NCBI RefSeq assembly: GCF_038025025.1
Contig: NW_027117342.1
Location: 372,001 to 436,000 of the forward strand
From: Phyllosticta citribraziliensis
Lineage: Eukaryota
Direction: 5' to 3'
Length of the DNA: 64,000 nucleotides
Within the stretch, counting starts at the first letter, position 1. Each line of letters starts with the position of its first letter. Positions 25,819 to 38,127 of the stretch are shown piece by piece. The notes below the pieces were generated by a model. It ran no database searches. It was not told the DNA's origin and was given only the letters and a program-made list of their open reading frames with translations. The translations under genes were made by a program, and so were the position numbers.

Positions 25819-27978
25819 GGCTGTCTTGTTGCAGGCTCCATGGAAGGTGAGGATATGGCTAGCCGGCGGACTCTACGGTGATGTCGGGAGCCTCAGAGTG
25901 CCAGCAGCCCATGGCCTCTGTGGAATTGTTGCGAGGTGAGGGAGTCGGGACGGATATCAAGGGCGAGGAGGGTCGGAAGGATGATGTCGGTGTCGGAGGT
26001 GAGGCTAGGGGTGTTTGGGTTTGAGAGGGCGCGGTCGGGTCGGGCAGGGCAGGGCGCGTGTTGAGGGTTGGGTTGGGTTTTGGTTGTTGGAGGTGAGGCA
26101 GAAGAAGCAATGGTCGCGTGGGGAGTCCTGGTCCTGGTCCTGGTCGGTCGTCAAGTCAGGTCGGGTCGTCTCTGGGCAAAAGAGCGGTCTGGGTCTGCGC
26201 TGCGGTCCGCGCTCCCAAACGAGAAGACCGACTGAAGCTGGCCGAGACAGGGCTGACCCAAGTCGCACCCATACCACCGCTCGCCAACATGTGATGGACG
26301 CTGACGGCCAGCGACCGCGACCACGTCAGTGCAGCGCGACTCGTGATGATGTTCTTTCTGGCCGTTGGCGCAGAAAAACAACTTTGGCGACGACCAGCCA
26401 TGTCCAGCCCAGCAACCACCCACCGCCCTACTGCTACCCGCCGTCTACCGTCGGCTCAGCCCCACGGCCCGACGGCATCAACACCACGCTAGCCACCACC
26501 ATGTCCGCTACCGTTAGTTACCTACCTCCTCCACGACACTTCAGCTGAACCGACACTACACCTTGCGAGTGGCTCCCCGACGCTGACGCCGCCGCCCGTC
26601 TGCACGCCGTCATACCCACCATGCGCTCTGCCGGTGCCCACCACCACCACCATCTCATCTCAGGCTATCATTGCGGCGGCGTTTGCATCTACTATCTCCA
26701 TTCAGCTACTTTTTCCAGTCGACTGCGCATGCTGTCCGTTTGCTGACTGCCCACCCATCATGTCGCCATGTCACGTTTTCCTGGCCGCACAGTAGGTACA
26801 GCACCAGGTCCCATTCTTTTCCGATACTACCAGCTCCGGCACCAAAGCCAAACGCGACGAGGTCGGGTACCCGGCGTGAACCGCTCCTCTCTCACGCGTC
26901 ATCTTTCAATTCCCCTCCCCCCCGGGCCTGCAGCACAGAAACTTTTCCGCCAGAGCACAGCCGAGCTGAACGAGCTACCCGCCATCATCCACGCTGCCAC
27001 TACTCGTCTGCCAACCTACAAACGACGGACAGACAGACAGACAGGCAGACATATAGACAAAGATAGCACGCCCTGAGGTAGCATCCATCCATCCATCCGT
27101 CCGTCCGTCCACGCCGCGCCGCTACGTCACGCCACAGACCCTTGCCCGACGCGCCGCGCCGCGCCGCCACGCCGGCTACCCACGCGTGGGCGTGCGTAGG
27201 TACATATGCATGCATGCATGCAAGCGAGCGAGCGAGCCAACGCGACGGCGACGGCGACGGTGGCGGCGGCGGCGGCGGCGGCGGACGCTCCGTTTGCTCG
27301 CTTGTCATCCGTGTGTAGCTACTCACCTTATCTTGTGTCTTCCCTGCGCTGCGCTGCGCTGCGCTGCTGTTTGTTGGCCGGTACGTAGGTAGGTAGGGAG
27401 GCAGGACGCATCACATGCCGCCATGACTGTTTGCTTCTTGCTACCTACCTATGTGAGGTGTGAGTCGATGCGCTGCGCGTGGCGGTGGTGGCGAGGAGAC
27501 GGATGAGGCGAGCGGCGTGCAGTCGTGGAGGAATGGACGAATGGTGGAGGAGTAGGAGTAGGAGTAGAAGAGAGAAAACGGGCTGGGGTTGGAGTATTGG
27601 TGTATTGGTGGACTAGCAAGCAACAAAACCAGCTGTATCCCTGTGACGCAGACGGGACCGAATGAGTCACATCGTCCAGCGCAGACGAGCCTCACCCACT
27701 GGTTCGCTGTACAGTGCCATGTGCCATGTGGTATGTATGTATGTAGGTAAATATTGCATGCAAAGATGCCTCGCTCGTCTATATCGCCACGATGGTCTAC
27801 TCTTTCCAAACATCGCTCCAAATAACCGCCCACTCGCACTCGCTGCTCCATGCTCAGACGCTCCAGGCACATCACGTCGTCTTCCTGTACACGTTGCCGC
27901 CGCCCGCACCGGCCTATAAGCAGAGTCAGGTCAGAGAAGCGCAACAAAAGCAAAAGCTTCGAACGACGACGCGCACGC

Positions 27979-29139
27979 TCAGCTCTTGCGGTGCATGACG
28001 GTCGCGGCAGCCTTGTTGCGAGCGGCAAAAACAAATCAGCCCAAGCCCTCCTGAAGAACGCAGACGACGCGACAAAGGTGGTAATCGTGACGTGCTTGCT
28101 CACCTGGTGGTTGGGGAAAATCAGCGTGTCGGCAATGACGACGTTCTCGCGGCGACCCGCCGCGAAGACGATGACTTCGGCTATGTCGTCTGCGGTCAGC
28201 GGCTCGACGCCCTTGTACACGGCGTCGGCCTTGGCCTTGTCGCCGTAGAAGCGGACGACGGAGAACTCCTGTCCAGCGCGTTAGCTTAGGAGTCATATTG
28301 CTGCCATGCATGCCCCGTGGGGGAGGTGGTGCTGCTGACCGTCTCGACTTGGCCAGGGTCAATCTCAATGACCCTTATGCGGGTCGAAATGAGCTCCCGC
28401 CGCAGCGCATCGGTGAAGGTGCGCACCGCCGCCTTGGTGGCGCAGTAGATGCTGCCGCCCGGGTAGCCCTCGCGGCCGGCGATGCTGCCCACGTTGATGA
28501 TGTCGCCCTTGCCGCCGTCGGGGCGCGCCTTGTAGACCTTGAGCACCTCTTGAGTCATATTGACCAGGCCCGTCACGTTGGTCGAGAACATGGTGTCGAT
28601 GTCTGCCTCAGCAATTTCAGGGGCCTGCGCGACGCCCTTGACAAGACCGCTGTTGCGCTGTCAGCCTGTTGATATGTACCGCTCGCGGGTTCTGAGGTCA
28701 CCCACGCGTTGTTGACTAGGACGTCAATGGCCCTCCATTCTTCCGGCAGCCTGCCCACGAAGCCGCGCACCTCGTCCGGCTTGGACACGTCGAGCTTGAC
28801 CGGCAGCACCTTGACGCCTTCGCCCACCTCTTTCTTAATCTCATCCGCCAGCTCTTGCAGGTTTTCGACCCGGCGCGCAGTCAGGATCAGGCGCAAGTCC
28901 TTGGGGCTGGTGCGGGCGAATTCGACGGCCGTGCTACGCCCAATGCCGCTCGAGGCACCAGTGATGAGGACCGTTTTGCCCTGAAGGCGCTGTGCCACGG
29001 CAGAAGACATGTTTGACGCTGTAGAAGCAAAGGCGCGGGCGCGGAGCGAAAGGTGGGGAAGAGCGCGGTGGGGTGTTGCGGTGCGAGAAGTGTGGAGGAG
29101 GGCGCGTGTCGTGAGGGCGAAACGGCGTAAGATGGGCAT
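27979..29139 (-). CDS. NADP-dependent short-chain dehydrogenase (YMR226C/YdfG-like 3-hydroxyacid/serine dehydrogenase)
   Basis: TGASSGIG, DVLVNNAG, NVGSIAG, catalytic YCATK, and IDPGQVETEFSVVRFYGD. Four exons, the last encoding AAATVMHRKS-stop (27979-28011). In-frame ATGs at 29139 and 29010. Confidence 0.9.
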
Positions 29140-30682
29140 TCAATGGGATGACTAGAGACTGCTGTGTAAGTGAAGAAGATGGTTCTTGAAGTAGATGGGT
29201 CACAGGAAGCTGGGGTCGGTTGAATTGTGCAATTGGCCGCGGCGATGGTGAGAGTGGAGGTGGAGATGGTCGTTGCCCCAAGCTCCCGAGCTCCCCTCTC
29301 TGAAACTTGGACCCTCGCTGACGTCGTTTCATCCTCCACCATCCACCTCCAGCCTCTTCAGTACGCGCGCCTTGGGAAATACGATTGGCTTCGTCCAGGT
29401 CGGAATCATTTGTCCGTTATCCGTCCATGTCGATTCTGTGTTGGATTCGGCACATTTATGATCCATGAATCCGCGGCAGAAAAAGGAGCCGAAGGCCAGA
29501 TAACGTCAACCGATGGCGTCTCCGGAGCAGAAGCTCGAAAACAAAAATAGCGACTCGTCTTCGAGTTCGTGTAGGGCTGACTTTGCAAAGACCACCGTAT
29601 TGACTGCCGTCGGAGATGTCGCGGGTCGTGAGAAACGAGGAAGAGTCGCTGCAGTGGCTGAATTGATTCAGCATGGGCTGGAGAGCATCGCATGCTAATT
29701 GCCAAACGAGGCTTCAAACTTTTGCCGATCTTTCTTCTCCTGGTCCAGATCCGTCACAACAATGGCATTGTCGTTTCTTTGTTGGAGACGGTTGCTCTGG
29801 GGCACCGTTGCAGTACCAGGTCCCAGGGATCCATCTGCCATGTCGATTTGACGGACCCGGTCGAGCCAGAATTCCGGCGCCAGGCTGGGATGGAAAACAG
29901 ATCCAAAATCCAAAAAGGAGTGCATACAGCCAGGCCATTCGACTTTGGTAAACTGAGACTTGTCTTTGGCTTGCGACTCTGGTCTATTGAGAGCACGGAC
30001 ACCATTCACTGTCTCCAAGTAAGTGGTTTGCTCGTGTTCAAATATCTAAGAATCGTGTCAGTTCTGGTTGGGAGAGTGTACCATGGAGGAATTGCCAGGA
30101 AAACTTCTCTCCATACCTCGATATTGCTGGAATTGTCCGGTCGCGTTACAGGTAAGGTTATTTTTTTGGGCGCACAAAAAGTCCATGCGACTTGGTTTTG
30201 ACCAGCGCGCAGGAGCTGTGCGTTCTTCAAAGGGCATTGTGCGGTCGACATTGTTTATCGACTGTTGCCAGCGCCTACTCAATCAGGTGCTGGGTCCGTC
30301 GCCGTTTCCAAAGCCAACTGCGCTCTCCCACACCAACATTTCTCATTCTCCTGACTGAACCCCATTGTTCAACCCAAACAACGCATCCACCACGCCTCCA
30401 CTTCGGAACACGCTGAAGCAAGACAAATTTCGACTCAAAGAGACGCAGCCTTCACGAGTTGCTCACAGCATGTCTTGCTCCGCCGACAGTCAGAACACGC
30501 TCTGTCAACCAAACGAGCTCACAGTCAAAACCGACATCTCTGTGCGCTGTCATGTTAATGGACCACCCTCAATCGCGCCAGCGCATTCCCCAACAAAGCA
30601 GAATTCAAATACTGCCGCAGAGACACTTCACATTGATCGACAGCAAGCGCCTTCTCCACAGTCACCTTCTCAAAACATCACC

Positions 30683-32137
30683 ATGAAAAGCATCGAACCC
30701 TCGCCAGAAGATACTGTCAATGCCCCTCAGCCACTCGGCAGGCCCTTGCGACCAAGCCCTGTCACCCTCGAAACTGCACAGAAGCCTCACGACCATCCTC
30801 TCGACTGGGTCGAAGAAATGACACCATCGTGGTACCCAGAACACTCGGCCACTCCACCTGAAGTATGTCTTTGGGCCTCCTCACCCGCCCACATTTGGGA
30901 ACGGCACTGGATCAAAGCAGCCAGCACCGACGAGGATGCCGAGGACGACTCAGTACGTGTCGCGAGCATCCTCAGGCGAGCAGAAGAGACTCTGTACGAA
31001 GTATCCGCAAATGTCGGCCTCAAGTTCCCAGAGTTTGGTCGCGGCTATCCGCTGCGACTCAGGAGCAATGGGCCCCACGAGATGTTTCCGAGAGGTTCCA
31101 AGGGATTGAAAAGGCTGGGCGAGGGACAATCGCCAGTTGAGATCCCTGATGGCGCCCGTTACTGCGCATCTGGGTACTATTTCGCCCCTGCTCCTACGAA
31201 ATTGGATCAGATGATGACGGTCGCGGACGCAAGCATGGAGACTTGTTCGACACCCAGTAATCGCCGAAAGCCTAGCGGTTCCGGTCCGCAAAGGCCCGCG
31301 TTGAGCCAATCTACCGCGCAAATGTCAGAATCAGACACGGAAGCAGACATGGAAGAGATTCCTCTTACGAGTCCCTCTACCGTCTCCGGAAGCCCTCCTA
31401 CGTCAAATTCTCCGCCAAGCTCGCCCCCCTGCCTTCCCACCGACAGTCCCTCGCGAGACTACCATGGGCCGGTGGACCAGTATCCTGGTGCCCTATCCGA
31501 CGACTCGGATGGATCAGTCTACAGTGAAGACCTGGATTCTTTCCTCAAACTTGAAGCTTCAGACACTGCAGATTGCGATCAGTTCCATGAAGAAAGTCTA
31601 CATTACGATCACCTTGACGACTTTGAACCAGATGCAGTGACCTGCACTGCAGCCCCCGTGAGGCTTGAACCAGCAAACGAAAACCAGCGCAAAGATTTGG
31701 TAGACAGCATCTGCGATGGCTGCGACCACGGAAAGTTTGCACCAAACAAGTCGAGCGAGCTCCCTGACCTTCCCTCTGGCTATCGTTGGACTGCACATTC
31801 GTTTGCGCTGCGCCACTCAGGGCCTCGACTGATTGTGTACGCCCCACCTCCTGTCGACCACGAATCTGATGACGACATTTCTTGCATTGGAAGTGATGGG
31901 ACAAGCGAGTACTTTGGCTCGCCTGTCAAGCTGATGCAGAATAATCGGCCTTCGTTATGGTTCGCCCCGATACCTGAGCAAGACGAGACCGACTACAATG
32001 AGCCTGTCAAAACACTGTATGAGGGATTCATGACCGAATATGGCTCGATGCTTGGACGACGCGCCGTTGAGCCACACAAATGTCATTCTGTGACGTTTTT
32101 CCTTACCGACATTTTGCGATTTCTGGGCCTTACCTAG
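30683..32137 (+). CDS. array core-family member 1 (unrecognised TPPE-W/PxG domain, Ser/acidic tail)
   Basis: Long ORF with a good Kozak ATG at 30683 (alternative 30470). Motifs MTPSWYPEHSATPPEVCLWASS, FPEFGRG, FPRGSKGLKR, GYYFAPAPTKL. Confidence 0.75.
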   Translation: MKSIEPSPEDTVNAPQPLGRPLRPSPVTLETAQKPHDHPLDWVEEMTPSWYPEHSATPPEVCLWASSPAHIWERHWIKAASTDEDAEDDSVRVASILRRAEETLYEVSANVGLKFPEFGRGYPLRLRSNGPHEMFPRGSKGLKRLGEGQSPVEIPDGARYCASGYYFAPAPTKLDQMMTVADASMETCSTPSNRRKPSGSGPQRPALSQSTAQMSESDTEADMEEIPLTSPSTVSGSPPTSNSPPSSPPCLPTDSPSRDYHGPVDQYPGALSDDSDGSVYSEDLDSFLKLEASDTADCDQFHEESLHYDHLDDFEPDAVTCTAAPVRLEPANENQRKDLVDSICDGCDHGKFAPNKSSELPDLPSGYRWTAHSFALRHSGPRLIVYAPPPVDHESDDDISCIGSDGTSEYFGSPVKLMQNNRPSLWFAPIPEQDETDYNEPVKTLYEGFMTEYGSMLGRRAVEPHKCHSVTFFLTDILRFLGLT

Positions 32138-32701
32138 TTGCTTGTTGGGCCCACGAAATCTGGCCGGTATTATAACGGGATTACGAGAACAGGTTCAGAA
32201 TACGGATAGAGGCTCACATGGAAAGGCGCCCCTTGGAACACAACCACGAGGGACGATGGTTTTCACGTGGTTGAAACCACTGTTGGTGGAATTTTCAAGT
32301 GTGTTGTGGTAGCGAGCGAACCAACATTTTGCAACCCACAGACCCAAGCGGCAACCGTCACGCACAAGTCATCAAGGCGTAATGCTGTCTGACCGACATT
32401 GAATCGAGAGTGGTTGAGACGCGCCCGACAGCATACACTTTGGACTTAGTGCAAGTTCGAGCTACGCCGTTCCACAAGGCTTGTCTCCGAACCTCTACCT
32501 CATTGTGCTCCACAACACTGAGAACTTGGGCTATACCATCGGCCAATGCCTGCTCTGCGCCATTCAAGGTCGATTTGTCGCCTGCGCTGGCCCTTTGGTG
32601 CATTCCCCCACATCCTCTTTTCAACCTATCGCCAAGTCAAGACTGGCCTGCAACTTTTGATCCCATCCTCAACGACCTACGAACCTCCTCCAGAGCACGA
32701 C

Positions 32702-33637
32702 ATGGACACTTCTTGCGCACAAGAAATCGCCCACTGCGAAGGGCCGAGCAAGGATGACGATGAGCACCAGCAGCAAGACCAAATTGTCGACAATATGGAG
32801 CTTGACAATGTGGAACCTGTCAAAGAAATGGAGCCGATGGAAGGTATCGAGGGTCAACATGAAGACGATCGTGAACGAATTACCAACGACTTGGCACGAT
32901 TCGCGAAACTGATGCGGCCCCGCTCATACTATGAAGTCCTACCGGGTGCCCTGGGCGAAAATCATCCAGGCATCTGCGTCGAAGAGAGCAAATCATGCAA
33001 ACCAAGAGAAACCAGCACCTCTCCCGAATGCTGCCTCTGGCTGCAGTCAGACGAAGTTCTCAGGGAGATACACAGCATGATATCTCAAGTCTGCTATCGC
33101 GAAGCGACCAGACACGACATGCCGCGGATCGTTTCCTGCCTGCAGCGCGTCCACAACCGCGTCTACAGGGTGCGAACAGACTTGGGCCTCGCATACCCGC
33201 CCGGCGCGACCGGTGCGTTGGCCGTCACAAGAAATGAGAGGCAAAGCGCTCCGCCGACCTCTGGCCAGCGCGAGTCTCCGCCGCCCTCGAAGCTGCGCGA
33301 GGTCTGGAATGCCGACGACTTCGAAGCGGAGGCAGACGACGAAGAGATCACCAAAAGGCTCGAGGCTGCTGCCCTTCACGTTTTTCTCAATGAACCGGAT
33401 CAAGACAGCGCTACCAGCGAGGCGAACGACGGCGCCGACACTATGGAAGGCATCGAGACTATGGACGGCGCCGACACTATGGAAGGCGTCGAGACTACGC
33501 GAGACGACCACGACATGCATTCGGGAGAGGCCGCACACGTCAGGGCGCTCTTGGGCGAAACGGGCACTGATGACGAGGACGACGTCGGAGACGACGGCGA
33601 TCCCCTGCAGCACACGAATCGAATCGCGCCCGCATGA
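32702..33637 (+). CDS. array core-family member 2 (acidic N- and C-termini)
   Basis: NHPGICVEESKSCKPRETSTSPECCLWLQS...SCLQRV...YPPGATG...PPSKLREV. Contains a 36-nt duplication at 33428-33499. Confidence 0.75.
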   Translation: MDTSCAQEIAHCEGPSKDDDEHQQQDQIVDNMELDNVEPVKEMEPMEGIEGQHEDDRERITNDLARFAKLMRPRSYYEVLPGALGENHPGICVEESKSCKPRETSTSPECCLWLQSDEVLREIHSMISQVCYREATRHDMPRIVSCLQRVHNRVYRVRTDLGLAYPPGATGALAVTRNERQSAPPTSGQRESPPPSKLREVWNADDFEAEADDEEITKRLEAAALHVFLNEPDQDSATSEANDGADTMEGIETMDGADTMEGVETTRDDHDMHSGEAAHVRALLGETGTDDEDDVGDDGDPLQHTNRIAPA

Positions 33638-34397
33638 TTAGCCAGCACCGGATACCAGTCAATTGTTGAGAGAGCGGATTGGGTTCGGGGGACGTGAAAG
33701 CGGTCTGATTTGCCATCCATCAAAATGAACAGGGTGTCGGGAAGGACGGCAGCTGTTAAGCATGTGCACATTCTCACTAAAGCAGCACTTTTGTGCTGTA
33801 GATCCATTGCGTTCTCTATTCTACAAACTTTTGCTGAAAACTCTGCAGATTGCGTGCTGCGTGCTGTGCCTTTGTTGTCTTGAAGTAGAAACTGGCAGAA
33901 GAGATGCACCTGGCTTGCCCAGATCACAAAGCTTGCGGGAGCGACGGATGCAAATGCCAAAATCGCGTAGGTTCTAGCGATGGAAACTTTTCGCAACGAA
34001 ATCATGTCTAGGATTGTGCTTCGGTGTCTGGCACTTCAGGGGTACGCGCAGAGACTCCCGTGGAAACAAGCAGAGCCAACAGTCCAACAGCAAGCCCAAC
34101 CACAAACGACTCTGGCAGCTATATAACGACCACCTCCCCACTGCTCTGGTCAGAGTGTCGTCCTCGTTGCGTTCGCAGCAGGCCCGTCGCTTGGGCTTGC
34201 TCCGTCCCTCAGGGGCAGATCCGTGCAACCATGTCGACCGCGAAACCCCCCCGGGCCAGCTCTGCCGCTTGAGCTGCACGCACGCTTGCACTCAGCTTCC
34301 CTCACTCCAAATACTGTATAGCTTGACGAGAGTTTGCCGCAAAAGAGGCAAGTACATCTCGAATGTGCACATGGACATTGTTAATAACTTTGACCAG

Positions 34398-34407
34398 TAT
34401 ATATAAG
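34398..34407 (+). promoter_or_regulatory. TATA box
   Basis: TATATATAAG about 100 bp upstream of ATG 34501, followed by a C/T-rich leader. Confidence 0.55.
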
Positions 34408-34500
34408 GTGCGGTACACACCACCCCCAGCCATCGCTCTCCCTTTCCCCCCTCACCAAAACCTTAACGAAGTAGAGCCACACAGCATCTCGCCATTCAAC

Positions 34501-34917
34501 ATGTCGCAGACCAACCCCCGCGACAACCAGCCCCAGCGCCCGCCCTCGCCCTCACAGCAGCGCCAGGCGGTCACACACAGCCTCGCGCACCTAACACTAG
34601 ACGCTACGGACCCACCCACCTCTCACATCCAGCAGCAGCTGGCCCACATGGCAGTCGACACGCGCGCCGCCGCCATCTCGCAGATGCAGCAAGGCGTCGA
34701 GCGCCTGGCTGTCGACAAGAGCAGCGCCGGGGTCTCGCAGCTGCGGTACGGCGTTGCGACGATGCAGGTGGATAGTAGCAGTATCAAGAAGGATGTGGTG
34801 GCGATGGGGAGTGGCTTTGCGAAGATGTCGCTGAAGCGCAGGTTTGAGGATTTGGAGTTGGCGGACGATGAGGATTCGGATGGGGGGCGGAAGAAGGCGA
34901 GGGGTGCGGGGCAGTGA
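34501..34917 (+). CDS. small protein with ~19-aa internal repeats and a C-terminal NLS-like motif
   Basis: Kozak CAACATG, upstream TATA box, GC3-rich codons. Repeats LAHLTLD/LAHMAVD/VERLAVD/VATMQVD; ends KRRFED...RKKAR. Confidence 0.7.
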   Translation: MSQTNPRDNQPQRPPSPSQQRQAVTHSLAHLTLDATDPPTSHIQQQLAHMAVDTRAAAISQMQQGVERLAVDKSSAGVSQLRYGVATMQVDSSSIKKDVVAMGSGFAKMSLKRRFEDLELADDEDSDGGRKKARGAGQ

Positions 34918-35539
34918 GGAGAGGTGAGTTGTGGTCCTCCTTCTCGTGCGCGTTGTCCTGGTTGCGGTAGCTGACTTTGGTGCTGTGGTAGTCTACGAAT
35001 TTGAGAGTAAGTTTTGAGATTTAGGGGGATTTTCAGTGTCTCGTATGCGGAAAGGTTTCTTGAGGGAAGTGTGAGATACGCAATTATTGTTTGGGAGGAT
35101 TCAGCTAATAGTTTCCTGGGTCATGAGATTTCGATCGCGAGATCGAATGGCTTTCATTACTCGGATACCCCCAGGTCTTCCTACCCTGTGGTCTTGACAA
35201 CTCGTTGCTTCAATTTTTGCTCCTTTCCAAAGAGGAAGACAAAGAAGATGCCTGGGGGCACATGCTATGTCTGTCGTTTCAACTCTGCTGGTGCCAAGTG
35301 CATCTGGGAGCACTCCAATGAAGTTCTGTCAAAAGGAACGACATTGATCTCGAACAACTTCCGCAGTTTTCAACTGTCTGCTCAAACTGCGTCCTGGGCT
35401 TCCAGCTTAGCCGGCTGCGTAGTTTGAGGACACTCACATTGTTCTGCCCGGGCTGTAAGTATAAGAAACATCTGCCTCCCTACATCTCTCTGGGACAATC
35501 CAAATCAGCAAAGCAAGCCAGAAAAGCAAGCTGATCAAG

Positions 35540-35977
35540 ATGTCCCAGGAACCAAAGCAGCGCCAGGCACAGACATGGTACCCGCCCCACCACCCCGGCT
35601 GGGCGGACCGCCTGAGCCCCTCGCTGCGTCCCTACAAGCACGCCACACCCCCCGAAGTCAACGCGTGGGCGACGAGCGAGCACATCCACGCGCGGCTCAT
35701 CACCGAAAAAGGCATGGCGCCGCTGCACCGCGCCATCCGCATCCACGAGGCGCAGAAGCGGCTGGACTACGACCTCGACTTCACCTATTTTCAGTACCCG
35801 CGTGGCGCGAAGGGCTGGAAGGCTGGGCTGTCGAAGAAGAAGTCGAGCCGTGGCAAGCTGCGTCGGCCTTCGCCTTTGTCGCAGTGTGAGACGGTGCAGG
35901 ACGGCGATGCGGAGACGGGCCAGCTCGTCGTCGCGTTTGGGCGCATGGCGCTTGAGCGACCGATGAGAGTTGTGTGA
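35540..35977 (+). CDS. array core-family member 3 (minimal, almost domain-only, 145 aa)
   Basis: HHPGWADRLSPSLRPYKHATPPEVNAWATS...FQYPRGAKG...RRPSPLSQCE. Confidence 0.8.
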   Translation: MSQEPKQRQAQTWYPPHHPGWADRLSPSLRPYKHATPPEVNAWATSEHIHARLITEKGMAPLHRAIRIHEAQKRLDYDLDFTYFQYPRGAKGWKAGLSKKKSSRGKLRRPSPLSQCETVQDGDAETGQLVVAFGRMALERPMRVV

Positions 35978-37166
35978 GAGTGGAGAACGTCGTAGACTGA
36001 CTTGCGAGTAGGCGAGATCTGTGGCCTGGAGCATGTGAAAGTGGAGCCTCGCCTTGGGCAGGCATCCACAGCGCTCTCGAGGAGTAAGTCGACGAGTGTT
36101 GCTGAGATGGATCGGCGACGCCAGGTAGAGATGAATCCAGACTGATTTCCTAGACCTTGCCCTGCTGATGAATGGAATGGCTGCTCTGGAAAGGTGAGGT
36201 ATTCTTTGAGCTTTGTGATGAGAGTCTTTGGCTGACGACCGCATTCTTAGGTTTAGAAAGGCTCACGTCCGCGCCACAGCCCATGACCGCCTCCATTTCG
36301 GACAGAGTAATGTTACTCTGACTCCACAGGCCTTTTCAAGTTGTCTTTGCTCAAAGTCAATATCTGAAAGCGTATCGAGTCAAGTTTTGGCGCCAGGAGT
36401 GAGTATCGCCGTTACCCCTGAAAATTAAAAGGTCCATTGTTTTCCGTCTCATTACTTCCAAATGCTTTATGAAGATGCCTGAAGTTGATCACATCGCAGG
36501 AAAAGCGATGTTGGCCGTGGATCTTGCGAAGGTCTTCGTTGAAAATGCGTGTCGATCGGGTTCGATAATGGTGCTTCAAGTGCGGTGAAGCGAACCCTGG
36601 GGCGGGGAAAGGGTAAAATATGCTCAAAATAAGCCATCGTGTTCATGGGAATAGTTTTGGAGGGGATATGCCAGACCGGGGACCGCGAACAGCCAGTGTT
36701 GCGAGGCGGAAAGCGTTGCTACAACCGCGTTTTGGACGACAGCTCAGGTCTTTGGTTGGACTCACCAACGAGCGCTGTATATTTTGAGGCTAGCAATGGG
36801 TTTCCTTTGGCGCTCTTTGGTCGAGATGCTGTAGCTGCCAGCCGACATGTGAAAGGACGGCTGCGTCGAGGTGAATGGGATTCACAATCGCGCTGGACCG
36901 CCGCAAATTACACATTCACCTGGCTGCTGCGCATCCGTGGCCACCTTCTGACGCGTCTGGCTTCTTTTCAAGTCAGCACTCTCTTCTCGCCGTACCTTGA
37001 GCCACTCCAAACCTTCGCTCTCCTTCTACTCCACCCCGACTACGACAACGCAAAGCGCCCAGACTTGTTCTGCTCCTACGATCCCATCCCTCCCTATACT
37101 CTACTTCTCTTCCCGTAGGAGATTCATCTTCTCGTATATCGCTCAAACACCTTCTCTTCGTCAACC

Positions 37167-38127
37167 ATGGAATTCCCTACCGCATCCATCGACGTTGCGC
37201 AGGTCAAGCTCTCGTGCCCCCCGGCTTGGAAGACCGCGTGTGAGGCCTCCGTCCAGATCATGGGAAATGGTCTCCTCGAACAGCCTTTCCACCGGGCTCA
37301 CCGTCTCGCCTGGGAGAAAGACTTCGACGACCAATGCGGCCACAACAACCCAAGCCGCAAGCGCAAGTACGACGGAGCTTTCAGGATAGACAACGCCTCA
37401 CAACGCAGCGGTCAAGCACAACTCGGGAGCATCTCAGTGAGCAGGGTCGGCAGCGGGGGCGGAGATGCGGGCTCTTTCGCCCACGGCAGTGGTCTGGCTA
37501 CGGTGAGCACGAAGCGGAAAAGGATCTCACAGCCTAGCTAATGACGAGCAGAGCTCTGTCACTGTGCCTGTATATACCGAGCAGATTTCCGAGCACAACC
37601 CTTATCCCGGCAACAGCTCTGACTTTGTTACTCTCGAGTACGACCCCAACGAGGAGCACAGTTCAGACTCCGAGTCCGACTCCGAAGAGGAGTACGACTC
37701 AGACGAAGAGTTGTACGACGAAGACTTCGAGTACGAGCCTGCCAACTCCCATCCTCCATGGACGCGTACGATGAGTCCCTCCCTCAATCCGTCCCAACAC
37801 TCGACACCGCCGGAGGTCTTGAAGTGGGTATACTGGCCGCCCATATACGACTCTCTGGATCACATTCGCCACAACATCGGCGCCAGATATCCTATGATAA
37901 AGATCGTATGCGTCAAGGCAGCCATGGCCCAAATCAGCTTCGTCGACCTCAGCACCTACAGGTTCCCATATGGGGCTATGGGAAGGCTGAGACCTCTGAC
38001 GCGTCCCCGGGCTCTGCCGTATCGCCATGTACTCCCTGGAAGAGCCAGAGGCCGCACGCCGAGCCCCTTGCAACAGGTGCAGGTGTGCAAATATCCGGAC
38101 GGGAGTCGAGACAAGCACGAGGGCTGA
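37167..38127 (+). CDS. array core-family member 4 (N-terminal WExDFD module, acidic tract, core domain)
   Basis: Intron 37503-37551 (GTGAGC..GCTAAT..CAG) joins the two ORFs in frame. AWEKDFDDQCG; HPPWTRTMSPSLNPSQHSTPPEVLKWV...YRFPYGAMG...TPSPLQQV. Confidence 0.8.

Noticed and set aside
29406..30282. Short minus- and plus-strand ORFs between the SDR and the array
   Set aside because: No consistent gene model, no array motifs and no recognisable domain. A degenerate gene cannot be excluded.
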